Source: Thermodesulfovibrionales bacterium
GTDB taxonomy: Bacteria; Nitrospirota; Thermodesulfovibrionia; Thermodesulfovibrionales; SM23-35
Reading direction: 5' to 3'
DNA: 64,000 nt
Assembly (NCBI GenBank): GCA_963715195.1
Contig: CAVQRT010000007.1
Coordinates: forward strand, 352,001 to 416,000
Each line of letters begins with the position of its first letter. The stretch's first letter is position 1. Shown here one piece after another: positions 31,080 to 41,519 of the stretch. The translations under genes were made by a program, and so were the position numbers. Below the pieces are notes generated by a model. It was not told the origin of the DNA. It was given only the letters and a program-made list of their open reading frames with translations, and did not search any database.

Positions 31080-32306
31080 GTGCATACTCTGATACGGTTT
31101 TATAATACCCTCGGAAAGAACCTTCAGACATTCCAGCCAGTGAGGAAACGCGTGGTGACCATATTCACCTGTGGTCCCTCCGTGTACCAAAAATCTCACA
31201 TCGGCAACTTTAGAACATTCCTGTTCGAAGACATTCTCTCGCGCTATCTTGCCTATGCCGGCTTTAAAGTCACGAGAGGCATGAATTTCACCGACATGGA
31301 AGATAAGGCAATCATCGAAGCGGCAAAGAAAAAGATTACGGTTCAACGCCTGACAGAGAACAATATAAAAGAGTTCCTCCGTACAATAAAACGCCTAAGG
31401 ATGCAATTTCCCGACTATCTGCCGAGGGCCTCTGAACATGTTGATGCTGCGGTCGCACTCATTCAAAAGCTGATCGAGCGGGGTATTGCTTATTGGCACA
31501 ACGGAAATGTGTACTATAATCCGTTAACATTTCCGGGATTCGGGAAACTCTATGGTCTCGATATGTCCCGTTGGCCGTTACAGAGAAAAAGATTCCACAA
31601 GGATACCTATCCCGGCCTGCAATGGAATAAAGGGGATTTCATTCTCTGGCACGGATACAAAAATGGCGACACCTGTTACCGGGATACAGAGATCGGCAGG
31701 GGCCGTCCATCATGGAACATTCAGGATCCGGCCATGGTCAGTCACTGCTTCCATGAGACCCTCTCGATCTATTGCGGAGGGATAGACAACCTCTATCGTC
31801 ACCATGACTACACAAAGGCAATCCTTGAATCAGTGAGACCCTACCCGATGGCAAAATTCTGGCTTCACTGCAATCATTTATATGTGAACGGAGAGAAGAT
31901 GTCGAAAAGCAAGGGCAATGTCATCCATGTTGATACGCTCATCAAGAGGGGTTTTAGCATGGATGAAATTCGGTTCTTTCTCATATACGGACATTACCGG
32001 CAGAAGCAGGACTACACGGACAGACTGATGAACCTGACGGCAATAAAACTGAGAATATTCAAGGAACTGGTTAAGAACATCAAAACAAAGGCCGGGCACA
32101 ATTGGGATTCTGCTGACAGGGTTCAGGGAATGTTCAGAAGGACTTTTGCTGAACATATGGATAATGACTTGCACGTCCAGGATGCTTTTGATGGGTTATT
32201 GCAACTATTGTCCGATATAAAGCTTCATTCATTAACCCCGGCAACTGCGAAGGGGATCATCAAGACCCTCAGAGAAATCGACAAAGTATTACAGGTTATT
32301 TTTTAA
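31080..32306 (+). CDS. Cysteinyl-tRNA synthetase paralog (atypical, short)
   Basis: YNTL, TCGPSVY, HIGN, NFTD, DFILW, KMSKS retained; WHIEC replaced by WNIQD; ends after the DALR-like helices; real start may be CTG 31089. Confidence 0.8.
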   Translation: MHTLIRFYNTLGKNLQTFQPVRKRVVTIFTCGPSVYQKSHIGNFRTFLFEDILSRYLAYAGFKVTRGMNFTDMEDKAIIEAAKKKITVQRLTENNIKEFLRTIKRLRMQFPDYLPRASEHVDAAVALIQKLIERGIAYWHNGNVYYNPLTFPGFGKLYGLDMSRWPLQRKRFHKDTYPGLQWNKGDFILWHGYKNGDTCYRDTEIGRGRPSWNIQDPAMVSHCFHETLSIYCGGIDNLYRHHDYTKAILESVRPYPMAKFWLHCNHLYVNGEKMSKSKGNVIHVDTLIKRGFSMDEIRFFLIYGHYRQKQDYTDRLMNLTAIKLRIFKELVKNIKTKAGHNWDSADRVQGMFRRTFAEHMDNDLHVQDAFDGLLQLLSDIKLHSLTPATAKGIIKTLREIDKVLQVIF

Positions 32307-32646
32307 TCGAAAACAGGGGTTCCTGTATTGACTCACTGCGACAGACCGGACATTTCCCGGGTTTTTTGAGCCGGTCCCGTTTCCGGAAAATGAACTTGCA
32401 TTTTCTGCATACTGCAGGGATAACGACAAAACTCCGGCCGCCTTTGCTTATTGTCTGTTGGATATGTTCAAGATGATCATAGACATCTTTTTCAGAAATG
32501 CCCGTCTCGACGGATAGCTCTTTTGCAGAAAGCGTATTCCCGTTCAGAATCGATGAGATTTTTTGGCGGACCGTCTCCTGGCATGCTACCGGAACTGAAG
32601 GCTCCAGGTTTTTTTTCTTTGCGTATTTACGCAGAAAGCGCTGCAT
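32296..32646 (-). CDS. HTH plus Zn-ribbon predicted transcriptional regulator
   Basis: SAKELS..EKDVYDHLEHI, CRKC and CPVC; start uncertain. Confidence 0.75.
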   Translation of the reverse strand: MQRFLRKYAKKKNLEPSVPVACQETVRQKISSILNGNTLSAKELSVETGISEKDVYDHLEHIQQTISKGGRSFVVIPAVCRKCKFIFRKRDRLKKPGKCPVCRSESIQEPLFSIKK

Positions 32647-33742
32647 GCATCGACCGCATAAAATTATTCAGCAGAACCGGGTTGAACGCACCTCCCGCAT
32701 CGCGTTTCATTAACGAGAGCACTTCCCTGATTTCCAGCGCCTTCCGGTATGGCCTGCGGCTCCTGAGCGCATCAAAATAATCTGAGATTGCGACGGTCTG
32801 GCTGCACAGATGCTGATTCTTGTTCCGAAGGGCAGAGTCAGGATATCCTTTCCCGTCGAACCTCCGATGATGTTCAAACGCAACAACAGCCGCAAGGTGC
32901 GGAAGACCGTCCATCGTTGAAAGATATTTCGCCCCATAGACCGGATGCATGCGTATTTCATCCCAGTCATTCTCGTCGAGAGCTTCTTTCTTTTCGAGCA
33001 ACTCCTTTGCAATAAATAATTTCCCCACATCATGCAACAATGCAGATATCCCGATGTCACGAAGCAGGTCATCGCGCACCCCCAGCGTCTCTGCCTGGAA
33101 CATCGAAAGCACTGCGACATTTGTAGCATGTGTATAGGTATATTCGCTGAAAGACTTCACAGGGCTTATCATCCTTAGGATATTCGCCTCCCTCCTGAAA
33201 GTGAGGATAAAATTCACAACAATCTCCTCAAGTCCCGCGATGTTGAGCTTCTTGAACGGTGTAAGGCCGCGGTAGACATCCTTGACCATTTCAACCTGTC
33301 CTGATGTAAACCCTGAGAGGCTTTCCATATCAAAGTCGACGCCGTCCACTCCGAATCCACCCAGGCGGACATCGACGACACCGGTCCTGATATGGGCATA
33401 TGTTTTCGGTTCTTGCGTAGATGCGGAGACATCTGCAACAAACAGGATGAGTTCTGAAAATGTAATTCCCTTCAGAAAATCGACGCGGGAAAGGCCTTTC
33501 CTCTTCAATCGCTTCATGAGATTGATCCCCTGCGTTCCGGGTTCCCTAAACGGTGAATTGTTCACGATAAGATCATCCCCGACGATCATAAGCTCAAGGC
33601 TGTCTGTCTCCTGCAAAAATTCATTGAGCTGTGAAAGGGCCTTCTGGGTCAAATCATGAACGGAGGCGTGCTCCTTTGAATAAAGCGTGCAGTTCGAAAC
33701 CGCCGACATGAATGTTGACAAAAATGCCTTTACGTTTTCCAT
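32627..33742 (-). CDS. HD-GYP domain phosphodiesterase
   Basis: YTYTHATNV, LHDVGK, EHH..DGKGYP, DYFDAL..RPYR. Confidence 0.9.
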   Translation of the reverse strand: MENVKAFLSTFMSAVSNCTLYSKEHASVHDLTQKALSQLNEFLQETDSLELMIVGDDLIVNNSPFREPGTQGINLMKRLKRKGLSRVDFLKGITFSELILFVADVSASTQEPKTYAHIRTGVVDVRLGGFGVDGVDFDMESLSGFTSGQVEMVKDVYRGLTPFKKLNIAGLEEIVVNFILTFRREANILRMISPVKSFSEYTYTHATNVAVLSMFQAETLGVRDDLLRDIGISALLHDVGKLFIAKELLEKKEALDENDWDEIRMHPVYGAKYLSTMDGLPHLAAVVAFEHHRRFDGKGYPDSALRNKNQHLCSQTVAISDYFDALRSRRPYRKALEIREVLSLMKRDAGGAFNPVLLNNFMRSMHAALSA

Positions 33743-35884
33743 TTAGTCTGTCAGCGTCCTGCCTAACCGTAATGATTCCGAGCGTATGTAATCATTTTTT
33801 GATTTCGCACCTTCTTCGACGAAATCTCTGATATCCCCTGAAGGGTAATTTTTCAGTGTCCGGTATATCTCCTCCTTCAGTTTCTCGGTGACCCCTTTAA
33901 ACAGGATGCTTTTCCCTGAAATAATTTCTCTGAGCGCATCAAGGGCACGGGGATCACCGATCTCGCCGAGGGCTTTCACGACGGGAATCTTATCATACAA
34001 GTCTGCTCCGCCGATACCCCGCTTCCGTAACATCTGTATCAATTCAGGGACCACTTCTCTCACCCGGTAAGTTCCTGCGAGGGCTATCCCCTGTTCAACC
34101 GTCTCTCTGAATTCCGACCCAAGATAGTCCCTGACCGCTGCAATGCCGTATCCGTCTCCTGCATTCAGCAGATACTTGACGGCCTCATAACTGACTTTGC
34201 GGTTTTCATGACGGCAGTACGACCGTATATATGGTAATACTTCTTCACTGCTGCACTCCCCGAGAATATACAGCATATTTCTCTTCACAAACCATCTGCT
34301 GTCCCCGAGTCTCTTTACCGCTTCCGGAATGATCCTGTTACCGAACTGCTTCAAAATACCGACGATGAATCTCCTGATAATCTGTGAATCCTCAGTGATT
34401 AGCGCGTCAACAAGCGGCGATATGATCCTGTCTCCATAATATTCGCAGAGGTTCCAGGCCTCTTCCCTCATCTGCCTTCCGAGTATTTTGAATGACTCTA
34501 TAAGGGTTCCGATAAACTCCGGGGTATCATAACTCCTGATCGCCTCCGAAGTTATATCCAAAAATACGTTCTTCTCTGCATTCAATTTCAGGACACGCAG
34601 TATCTGAAGAACCTGTTCGTATTGTCCGGTCCAGAGAAATTGGTCAACCTGTTCTTTAATCATCCCGATGAGCAATTGGTATTCTTCCACGGTAAGGATA
34701 GGCAGGGAAAGCAGTTCCAGGATTGTCCGATTGAAATCCTTCTCAATAATATCATCACTATATTCCCTCTCCAACTCCTTCATTCCGATCGGGGCAACAT
34801 CAGATTTGAAGTTGAGCAACTTTTGGATATCGCTCTGATAGGACTTGTCGATGTAAGACTCCAAGTCCCCTGCTCCCAGGAGATTGACGATATCCGGGGA
34901 CAGAAAAATGTCGTCAACCAGCATACTATCACCAAACATAACGTTTTCCAGACCGGTCTGGGGAAGATCCGACAGTTTATCGAGCAGGTTTTTTAACGCA
35001 TCGGGGATGATCATTTTCTGTTCATTGATCGTGCCGAGAAGCTGAATGATTTCGTCAACCGAAACAGCGCTCAATGCCTTGTACGCTGAATCCATATCGC
35101 TTGAAACAGTCCTGACCGTCGAGGAAAGAAACTGCTTCTTGAGATCTGGCTTTAGCCCGTTGATAAAATCGAGAAGCCGTCTGAGATCGCCGCTCGAAAA
35201 AACACTGTCAGATGACCTTCTGATATAGGAGGTAATAACCCGGTCGTATGATTCTTCCTTCAAATCAACGGACGGATTTTTGTTCAGGAACCGGGCGAGC
35301 ATTTCAGGCGGAATCTCCCTGATATCCTCTGATATGCCGTCGGGCTGCAATGTTCCTTCGAGCATTCCGTAGACATATCGTTCCCAGATTTCTTCCTTCG
35401 GAGGTTCCTTCTGTGTTTTCCCTTCTTCAAAAGCAAAGGCCCCATAATCGATGAATACCGTCCTGATGTGGATCAGATTGAGTTTTCGCAACTGCTCCTG
35501 AACCGGCTCCTGAGGCAAATCACCGACTTTCGCGGAAATAAACCGGTGAAATTCGTACAGTTCTTCTTTGGTAAGCCCTGTGATAAAGGAAACGGACGCA
35601 ATATTCAGACCGCTCAGCTGAAGTGCAAACTCCCGGTAAACGGGATTCTTTTTTTCCAGATAATAATCATCAATAATCAGCGTATCCTTGGCAACAGCGA
35701 GTGTGATCTCCGGCCTCAATTCGAAGAGCTTCTGCATCAATTCAAAGGCGCGGCTTAACGATCTGTCGACAGAAGGGTGATTTGGCGGATAGATTGAAAC
35801 ATTCCGCCGGGAGATGTTCAACTCGATAATCGCATCACTGAGCAACCTGGCATCGATAGGAACTTTTTCACTCTGCTCTGACAT
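33743..35884 (-). CDS. HEAT-repeat protein
   Basis: DSRWFVKRNMLYILG, ALGEIGDPRAL; start at ATG 35884. Confidence 0.75.
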   Translation of the reverse strand: MSEQSEKVPIDARLLSDAIIELNISRRNVSIYPPNHPSVDRSLSRAFELMQKLFELRPEITLAVAKDTLIIDDYYLEKKNPVYREFALQLSGLNIASVSFITGLTKEELYEFHRFISAKVGDLPQEPVQEQLRKLNLIHIRTVFIDYGAFAFEEGKTQKEPPKEEIWERYVYGMLEGTLQPDGISEDIREIPPEMLARFLNKNPSVDLKEESYDRVITSYIRRSSDSVFSSGDLRRLLDFINGLKPDLKKQFLSSTVRTVSSDMDSAYKALSAVSVDEIIQLLGTINEQKMIIPDALKNLLDKLSDLPQTGLENVMFGDSMLVDDIFLSPDIVNLLGAGDLESYIDKSYQSDIQKLLNFKSDVAPIGMKELEREYSDDIIEKDFNRTILELLSLPILTVEEYQLLIGMIKEQVDQFLWTGQYEQVLQILRVLKLNAEKNVFLDITSEAIRSYDTPEFIGTLIESFKILGRQMREEAWNLCEYYGDRIISPLVDALITEDSQIIRRFIVGILKQFGNRIIPEAVKRLGDSRWFVKRNMLYILGECSSEEVLPYIRSYCRHENRKVSYEAVKYLLNAGDGYGIAAVRDYLGSEFRETVEQGIALAGTYRVREVVPELIQMLRKRGIGGADLYDKIPVVKALGEIGDPRALDALREIISGKSILFKGVTEKLKEEIYRTLKNYPSGDIRDFVEEGAKSKNDYIRSESLRLGRTLTD

Positions 35885-35957
35885 ACTATAAATTACCACA
35901 GAACAGCGTGAAAATAAATGATTCCTCCGCAGTATCCCCCAGTTGTGGGAATAGCTT

Positions 35958-37037
<1,080 letters not shown>

Positions 37038-37052
37038 TCATACTGTTACGGT

Positions 37053-37313
37053 TTATTGCGACACAGGATAAACGCTTACCTGCAGTCTCGCCCTGTCTTT
37101 CCGTTCAAAATTCACCACACCGTCAATCAGAGAAAAAAGGGTATCATCAGAGCCTTTCCCCACATTCACGCCGGGATGGAATTTTGTGCCACGCTGTCTG
37201 ACCAAAATATTGCCGGCACGGACAATCTGCCCGCCGAATCTTTTGACACCAAGGCGCTTTGACTCACTGTCCCTGCCGTTCCGTGAACTGCCTACACCTT
37301 TCTTATGTGCCAT
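37053..37313 (-). CDS. rpmA: 50S ribosomal protein L27
   Basis: [16 protein letters not shown]. Confidence 0.99.
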   Translation of the reverse strand: MAHKKGVGSSRNGRDSESKRLGVKRFGGQIVRAGNILVRQRGTKFHPGVNVGKGSDDTLFSLIDGVVNFERKDRARLQVSVYPVSQ

Positions 37314-37632
37314 TGCTGTCCTCCAAAACTATTTCCCTAATTTTTAAGGCAGTATAGGGTTGCCTGTGTCCGTTTGTCTTCCGGTACACTTTGCGGGGCC
37401 TCTGCTTGTGGACCATCACTTTCCGCGCCCTGTCATTCTTCTCGACCGTCGCGATCACTTTTGCACCCGGTATATAGGGAGAACCATAGATACTTTTATC
37501 GTCCCGGTTGACCATGAGAACAGTATCGATGGCAACATCTTCACCCGCCTCGCGAGAGAGCCTTTCAACAGTCACCAAATCACCGGGAGAGACCCTGTAT
37601 TGCTTCCCCCCGTTCTCAATTATTGCGTACAT
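37303..37632 (-). CDS. rplU: 50S ribosomal protein L21
   Basis: [26 protein letters not shown]. Confidence 0.98.
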   Translation of the reverse strand: MYAIIENGGKQYRVSPGDLVTVERLSREAGEDVAIDTVLMVNRDDKSIYGSPYIPGAKVIATVEKNDRARKVMVHKQRPRKVYRKTNGHRQPYTALKIREIVLEDSNGT

Positions 37633-37768
37633 TTCCACCTCCAGAATCAAAATTATAATATAAAATGCATCTGAAAAACAATAAGCAATTCAGGAGATTG
37701 TCGTCGCTTCTGATTTCTGTCACGGACCCTCTGATATAACATCCCCGCATCAGAAAGAATGAAGCATG

Positions 37769-38572
37769 TCATCTCAGAACGATACCCGCATAGCCGACGA
37801 CATGATCATAATCGCCGCTCACCTCTGCCGATGTGGCATATTTCACCAGACGGGCAGACCGGGCACCGAGAGCCTTTGCGGCAAAGAGAAGGGTGGTTAC
37901 GGCCAAATATCCGCACATGGATATCTGCTCCTTCAGAACTACCTCATATAGTCCCTCCGGATCAAGGGCCAAGATTCTGTCGATAGCCTTTTTGTCCTTC
38001 TGTTTCGCAACGCTGTCTGGCACATAATGGCTCATGTCGGAGCTTGCTATCAGAACTACCGGATATCCGGCAGTCTTAACCGCCTGTGCTATTCCCTCAC
38101 CAAGTATTCTGCAGTCTTCAACTGATGCGGAAAGAATGGTGATGGGTACAATCTTTGTCTGCTGCGAGAAATATGCAATGAAGGGCAACTGCACCTCGAG
38201 AGAATGTTCAAACATGTGTGCCTTTGCATCCTTTGTTACGAGGGGAACGTTCATCGCAATTCTGTGGGAAATCTTCTCATCGATCTGAAATGTCGCTGTC
38301 GGAATCTCCCATTCGCCCGACTCCATGAGGGAAATCCGTGCCCCCAAACCGGTATGATTCGGTCCCATGAGGATAAATGTCTCGGGAAAGTCGATTGCAG
38401 AATATACTGCTCCTGCAACAGATCCCGAATACATCAGGCCGGCGTGAGGACAGACCGCACCGATAACCCTCTCCTTTTTTGCCGATACATCAATGTATTC
38501 ATTGACCTGCTGTGTCAGCTTCGGTACCGTGCCGTAATAAAACTGTCCCGCAACAGACGGTGCCCTTTTCAA
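37769..38572 (-). CDS. MEMO1-family protein (AmmeMemoRadiSam protein B)
   Basis: AGQFY, PHAG..YSG, GPNH, EHSLEVQLPF, SSDMSHY, SMCG. Confidence 0.92.
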   Translation of the reverse strand: MKRAPSVAGQFYYGTVPKLTQQVNEYIDVSAKKERVIGAVCPHAGLMYSGSVAGAVYSAIDFPETFILMGPNHTGLGARISLMESGEWEIPTATFQIDEKISHRIAMNVPLVTKDAKAHMFEHSLEVQLPFIAYFSQQTKIVPITILSASVEDCRILGEGIAQAVKTAGYPVVLIASSDMSHYVPDSVAKQKDKKAIDRILALDPEGLYEVVLKEQISMCGYLAVTTLLFAAKALGARSARLVKYATSAEVSGDYDHVVGYAGIVLR

Positions 38573-39933
38573 AATGCCTCCTCCCCGCTCTCTTCCATAT
38601 CCCTGTCGAAGATATTCAGAAATCTCGTGCAGCTTGACATGAAAGCAAGGTTGACTGTTCCGGTCGGTCCGTTCCTCTGTTTTGCAATGATGACTTCCGC
38701 GTGTCCCTTTTTCGACTCCTTGTTATACACCTCATCCCGGTAGAGAAAAAGAATCACGTCCGCATCCTGCTCAATTGCTCCGGATTCCCTGAGGTCCGCC
38801 AATATCGGCTTCGGGGGACGCCGCTGCTCAACACTCCTGTTGAGCTGGCTCACGGCTATGACCGGAACGCTTAACTCTTTCGACAATGCCTTCAGGGAAC
38901 GGGATATATCCGATATCTCTTGTTCACGCCTTTCAAAAGATCCCTTCCCCCTCATAAGCTGCAGATAATCAACGATGACGAGGCTGAGGCCATGCTCGAT
39001 CTTAAGTCGTCTCGCCTTTGCCCTGAGCTCAAGGACCGTAATGCCTGAGGTGTCATCGATAAAAACTGGCGCTCCGGTGAGATTGCTGGCTGCGCTGGTC
39101 AATTTATGCCAGTCCTCTTTCTTGATAAACCCTTTCCTGATACTGTTGGAATTCACCATTGCCTCTGCACACAACATCCGGATTGCGAGTTGTTCCTTTG
39201 CCATCTCGAGACTGAATATCGCAACCGGCTCTCTGAGTTCGAGCCCGACATGCTGAGCGATATTCAGGGCAAAGGCTGTTTTTCCCATGGAGGGTCTCCC
39301 TCCAACGACAATGAGGTCGCCTTTCTGAAAACCGGTCGTCAGGTCGTCAAGATCCCTAAACCCCGAGGGCACACCCGTTATGGTCTCTTTCTTATCATAG
39401 AGATGCTCGATCATCTCGAAACTGTCGCGGATAACCTCTCTCAATGTCACGAACGACGCCTTGACCCGTTTGTCGGAAATCCTGAAGATCGATCGTTCGG
39501 CATAGTCCACGAGGTCTTCCGCGTCAAGATTATCCTCGTACACCTTGCCAGCGATCTCGTTTGCTGAAAGCAGGAGTCCTCTGAGGAGAGCCTTCTCCCG
39601 TACAATGTGCGAATGGTACTTCACATTCGCAGCGGTAGGAACCATATTCACCATCAGGGAAAGATAGGCTATGCCGCCAACAGCCTCCAATTCATCATTC
39701 TTCTTCAGCTCGTCTGTGAGGGTGATAAGGTCTATCGGCTCATTCTTATCAAAGAGCTCGGTCATGGCAAAGAAGATTTTCCGGTGTGACATCTTGTAAA
39801 AGTCTTCCGGATCGAGGATCTCCAGAGCTCTCGTCAGCGCATTGTTGTCGATCAGAATGGCGCCGAGAACAGACTGCTCGGCGTCGAGGTTCTGAGGCGG
39901 TAATTTATCGAGATGCAGATCGGTATTCCGCAT
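38569..39933 (-). CDS. dnaB: Replicative DNA helicase
   Basis: PPQNLDAEQSVLG, RPSMGKT, DYLQL, SQLNR, DLRESG, KQRNGP; no intein. Confidence 0.98.
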   Translation of the reverse strand: MRNTDLHLDKLPPQNLDAEQSVLGAILIDNNALTRALEILDPEDFYKMSHRKIFFAMTELFDKNEPIDLITLTDELKKNDELEAVGGIAYLSLMVNMVPTAANVKYHSHIVREKALLRGLLLSANEIAGKVYEDNLDAEDLVDYAERSIFRISDKRVKASFVTLREVIRDSFEMIEHLYDKKETITGVPSGFRDLDDLTTGFQKGDLIVVGGRPSMGKTAFALNIAQHVGLELREPVAIFSLEMAKEQLAIRMLCAEAMVNSNSIRKGFIKKEDWHKLTSAASNLTGAPVFIDDTSGITVLELRAKARRLKIEHGLSLVIVDYLQLMRGKGSFERREQEISDISRSLKALSKELSVPVIAVSQLNRSVEQRRPPKPILADLRESGAIEQDADVILFLYRDEVYNKESKKGHAEVIIAKQRNGPTGTVNLAFMSSCTRFLNIFDRDMEESGEEAF

Positions 39934-39953
39934 TCCTTTATGACCTGAAAACG

Positions 39954-40397
39954 TTATTCTTCAACAACCTGCAGGGTAATCTGTGTATTGATCTCCGGGT
40001 GTAAATGGATACTGACCGTGTGGGTTCCGAGTCTCTTGATCGGTTCCTCAAGGGATATTTTTTTCCTGTCTATTTCGATTCCCTCGCTTTTGAGTTTTTC
40101 AGCGATATCCATACTCGTTACCGAACCGAACAGCTTGCCCTCTTCCCCGGACTTAGCCTGCAGCACGAGTGTAATCTTCGAAAGCCTGTCAGCGAAGTCC
40201 TGCAATGATTCCTTCACTTTCTTTGCCTTTTCCTGTATCACCCGCTGTGCATGTTCCAGTGATTTCATGTTCTTGCTGCTTGCCTCAACAGCGAGCCCCC
40301 TTGGTACCAGATAGTTCCGTGCAAATCCGTCGGCGACAGTAACGATCTGTCCCATACTCCCCAGCTTTTTTACATCTTCCTTCAGGATAACTCTCAT
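39954..40397 (-). CDS. rplI: 50S ribosomal protein L9
   Basis: MRVIL, GFARNYL, GKLFGSV. Confidence 0.98.
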   Translation of the reverse strand: MRVILKEDVKKLGSMGQIVTVADGFARNYLVPRGLAVEASSKNMKSLEHAQRVIQEKAKKVKESLQDFADRLSKITLVLQAKSGEEGKLFGSVTSMDIAEKLKSEGIEIDRKKISLEEPIKRLGTHTVSIHLHPEINTQITLQVVEE

Positions 40398-40468
40398 GTA
40401 TCGTCTCCTTTTATCAACTATATTGGGAACGGTTCATCCCGCAAAAAGAGCTCTTTGGTGCCGAGTCT

Positions 40469-40554
40469 ATCATTCCCGCTCGGCGGGAACCCTTCTGAAT
40501 ATAAACACATTGAACTAAAAAACAGGGAGAGATTCCGGATAATCCGGAATGACA
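40469..40554. repeat. REP-like inverted dimer (degenerate)
   Basis: ATCATTCCCGCTCGGCGGGAAC ... GATTCCGGATAATCCGGAATGACA, same family as 5102-5199. Confidence 0.7.
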
Positions 40555-40649
40555 CCTCAATATTACAAATAACCTAGGAAATTATTCCCAAAAACCTATT
40601 TTTCCTTCGAGAAGGTAGCATTAGTATACCACATCACCAGTTTATATAA

Positions 40650-41483
40650 TTATATGATCCTGAACGGAACCGGTATAAAGGTGATGATAAAAATCAGGAA
40701 CGCGATCCAGCCGGTTAGCTTTCTCCTCCCGTCAAGGGCGTTCTCCCAGTAAATAACCGGCGGATGTCTGAGTCCGAGGACCAACAGCAACACAGCCCAT
40801 ACGACCCACCCTTCCCACAGGAAAAACCCGAGTAAACTCATCATGAGAACAAGGATAAATGACAGGCCAGTATGTTTTTCCCCGAGAAATGCGTATGCGA
40901 TATGGCCACCGTCAAGCTGTCCGACTGGTATGAGATTGATGGAAGTCACAAAAAGGCCGATCCATCCCGCAAATGCGATAGGATTTAAAAGAATATCGGC
41001 ATCTGCAGGCGTAACACCTATAACAGCATTGGAAAGCAGAGAAAACAGGATTGAATCCCCCAGATTCAGTGCGCCTTTGGTCTGTGCAACCGGTACAACC
41101 TCTGATACACGAAGTCCGATTGCTGAGGCGGCAACTGAAACAACGAATCCGGCTATCGGTCCTGAAGCGCCGATATCGATCAGGGCCTTCCTGGTGACAA
41201 TCGGGGATTTCATCTTGATGAATGCCCCGAATGTTCCGATAATGGTCGGAGCCGGAATAAAATATGGGAGCGTGGCCTTGACCCCGTGTCTCTTCGATGC
41301 AAAATAATGGGACAATTCATGGGTCAGGAGAATGATCATCAACGACAGGGCAAATGGAAGGCCCCGGTAAATCTGCCCCGGATCTTTCAGGAGGTCTGCC
41401 CCTGTCTGCATGGCCCCCACAAACAGCGTCGAGAACAGCGTAAGGATGAAAAGAATGATATGCAGAAAAGGTATTTTTTTCAT
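40650..41483 (-). CDS. Site-2 protease (M50) family
   Basis: HELSH, ASGP, NLIPVGQLDGGH. Confidence 0.93.
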   Translation of the reverse strand: MKKIPFLHIILFILTLFSTLFVGAMQTGADLLKDPGQIYRGLPFALSLMIILLTHELSHYFASKRHGVKATLPYFIPAPTIIGTFGAFIKMKSPIVTRKALIDIGASGPIAGFVVSVAASAIGLRVSEVVPVAQTKGALNLGDSILFSLLSNAVIGVTPADADILLNPIAFAGWIGLFVTSINLIPVGQLDGGHIAYAFLGEKHTGLSFILVLMMSLLGFFLWEGWVVWAVLLLVLGLRHPPVIYWENALDGRRKLTGWIAFLIFIITFIPVPFRII

Positions 41484-41519
41484 GCACGTATTATATCAAT
41501 TTCCCTGCAGGTGCACGAT

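Noticed and set aside
37055..37067. ATTGCGACACAG at the rpmA 3' end matching the MITE TIR
   Set aside because: Encodes the normal C-terminus (PVSQ-stop) and has no partner TIR; probably coincidence
37769..38572. Complete AmmeMemoRadiSam system
   Set aside because: Only the MEMO1 component is present; the radical SAM gene in the window belongs with the heme genes
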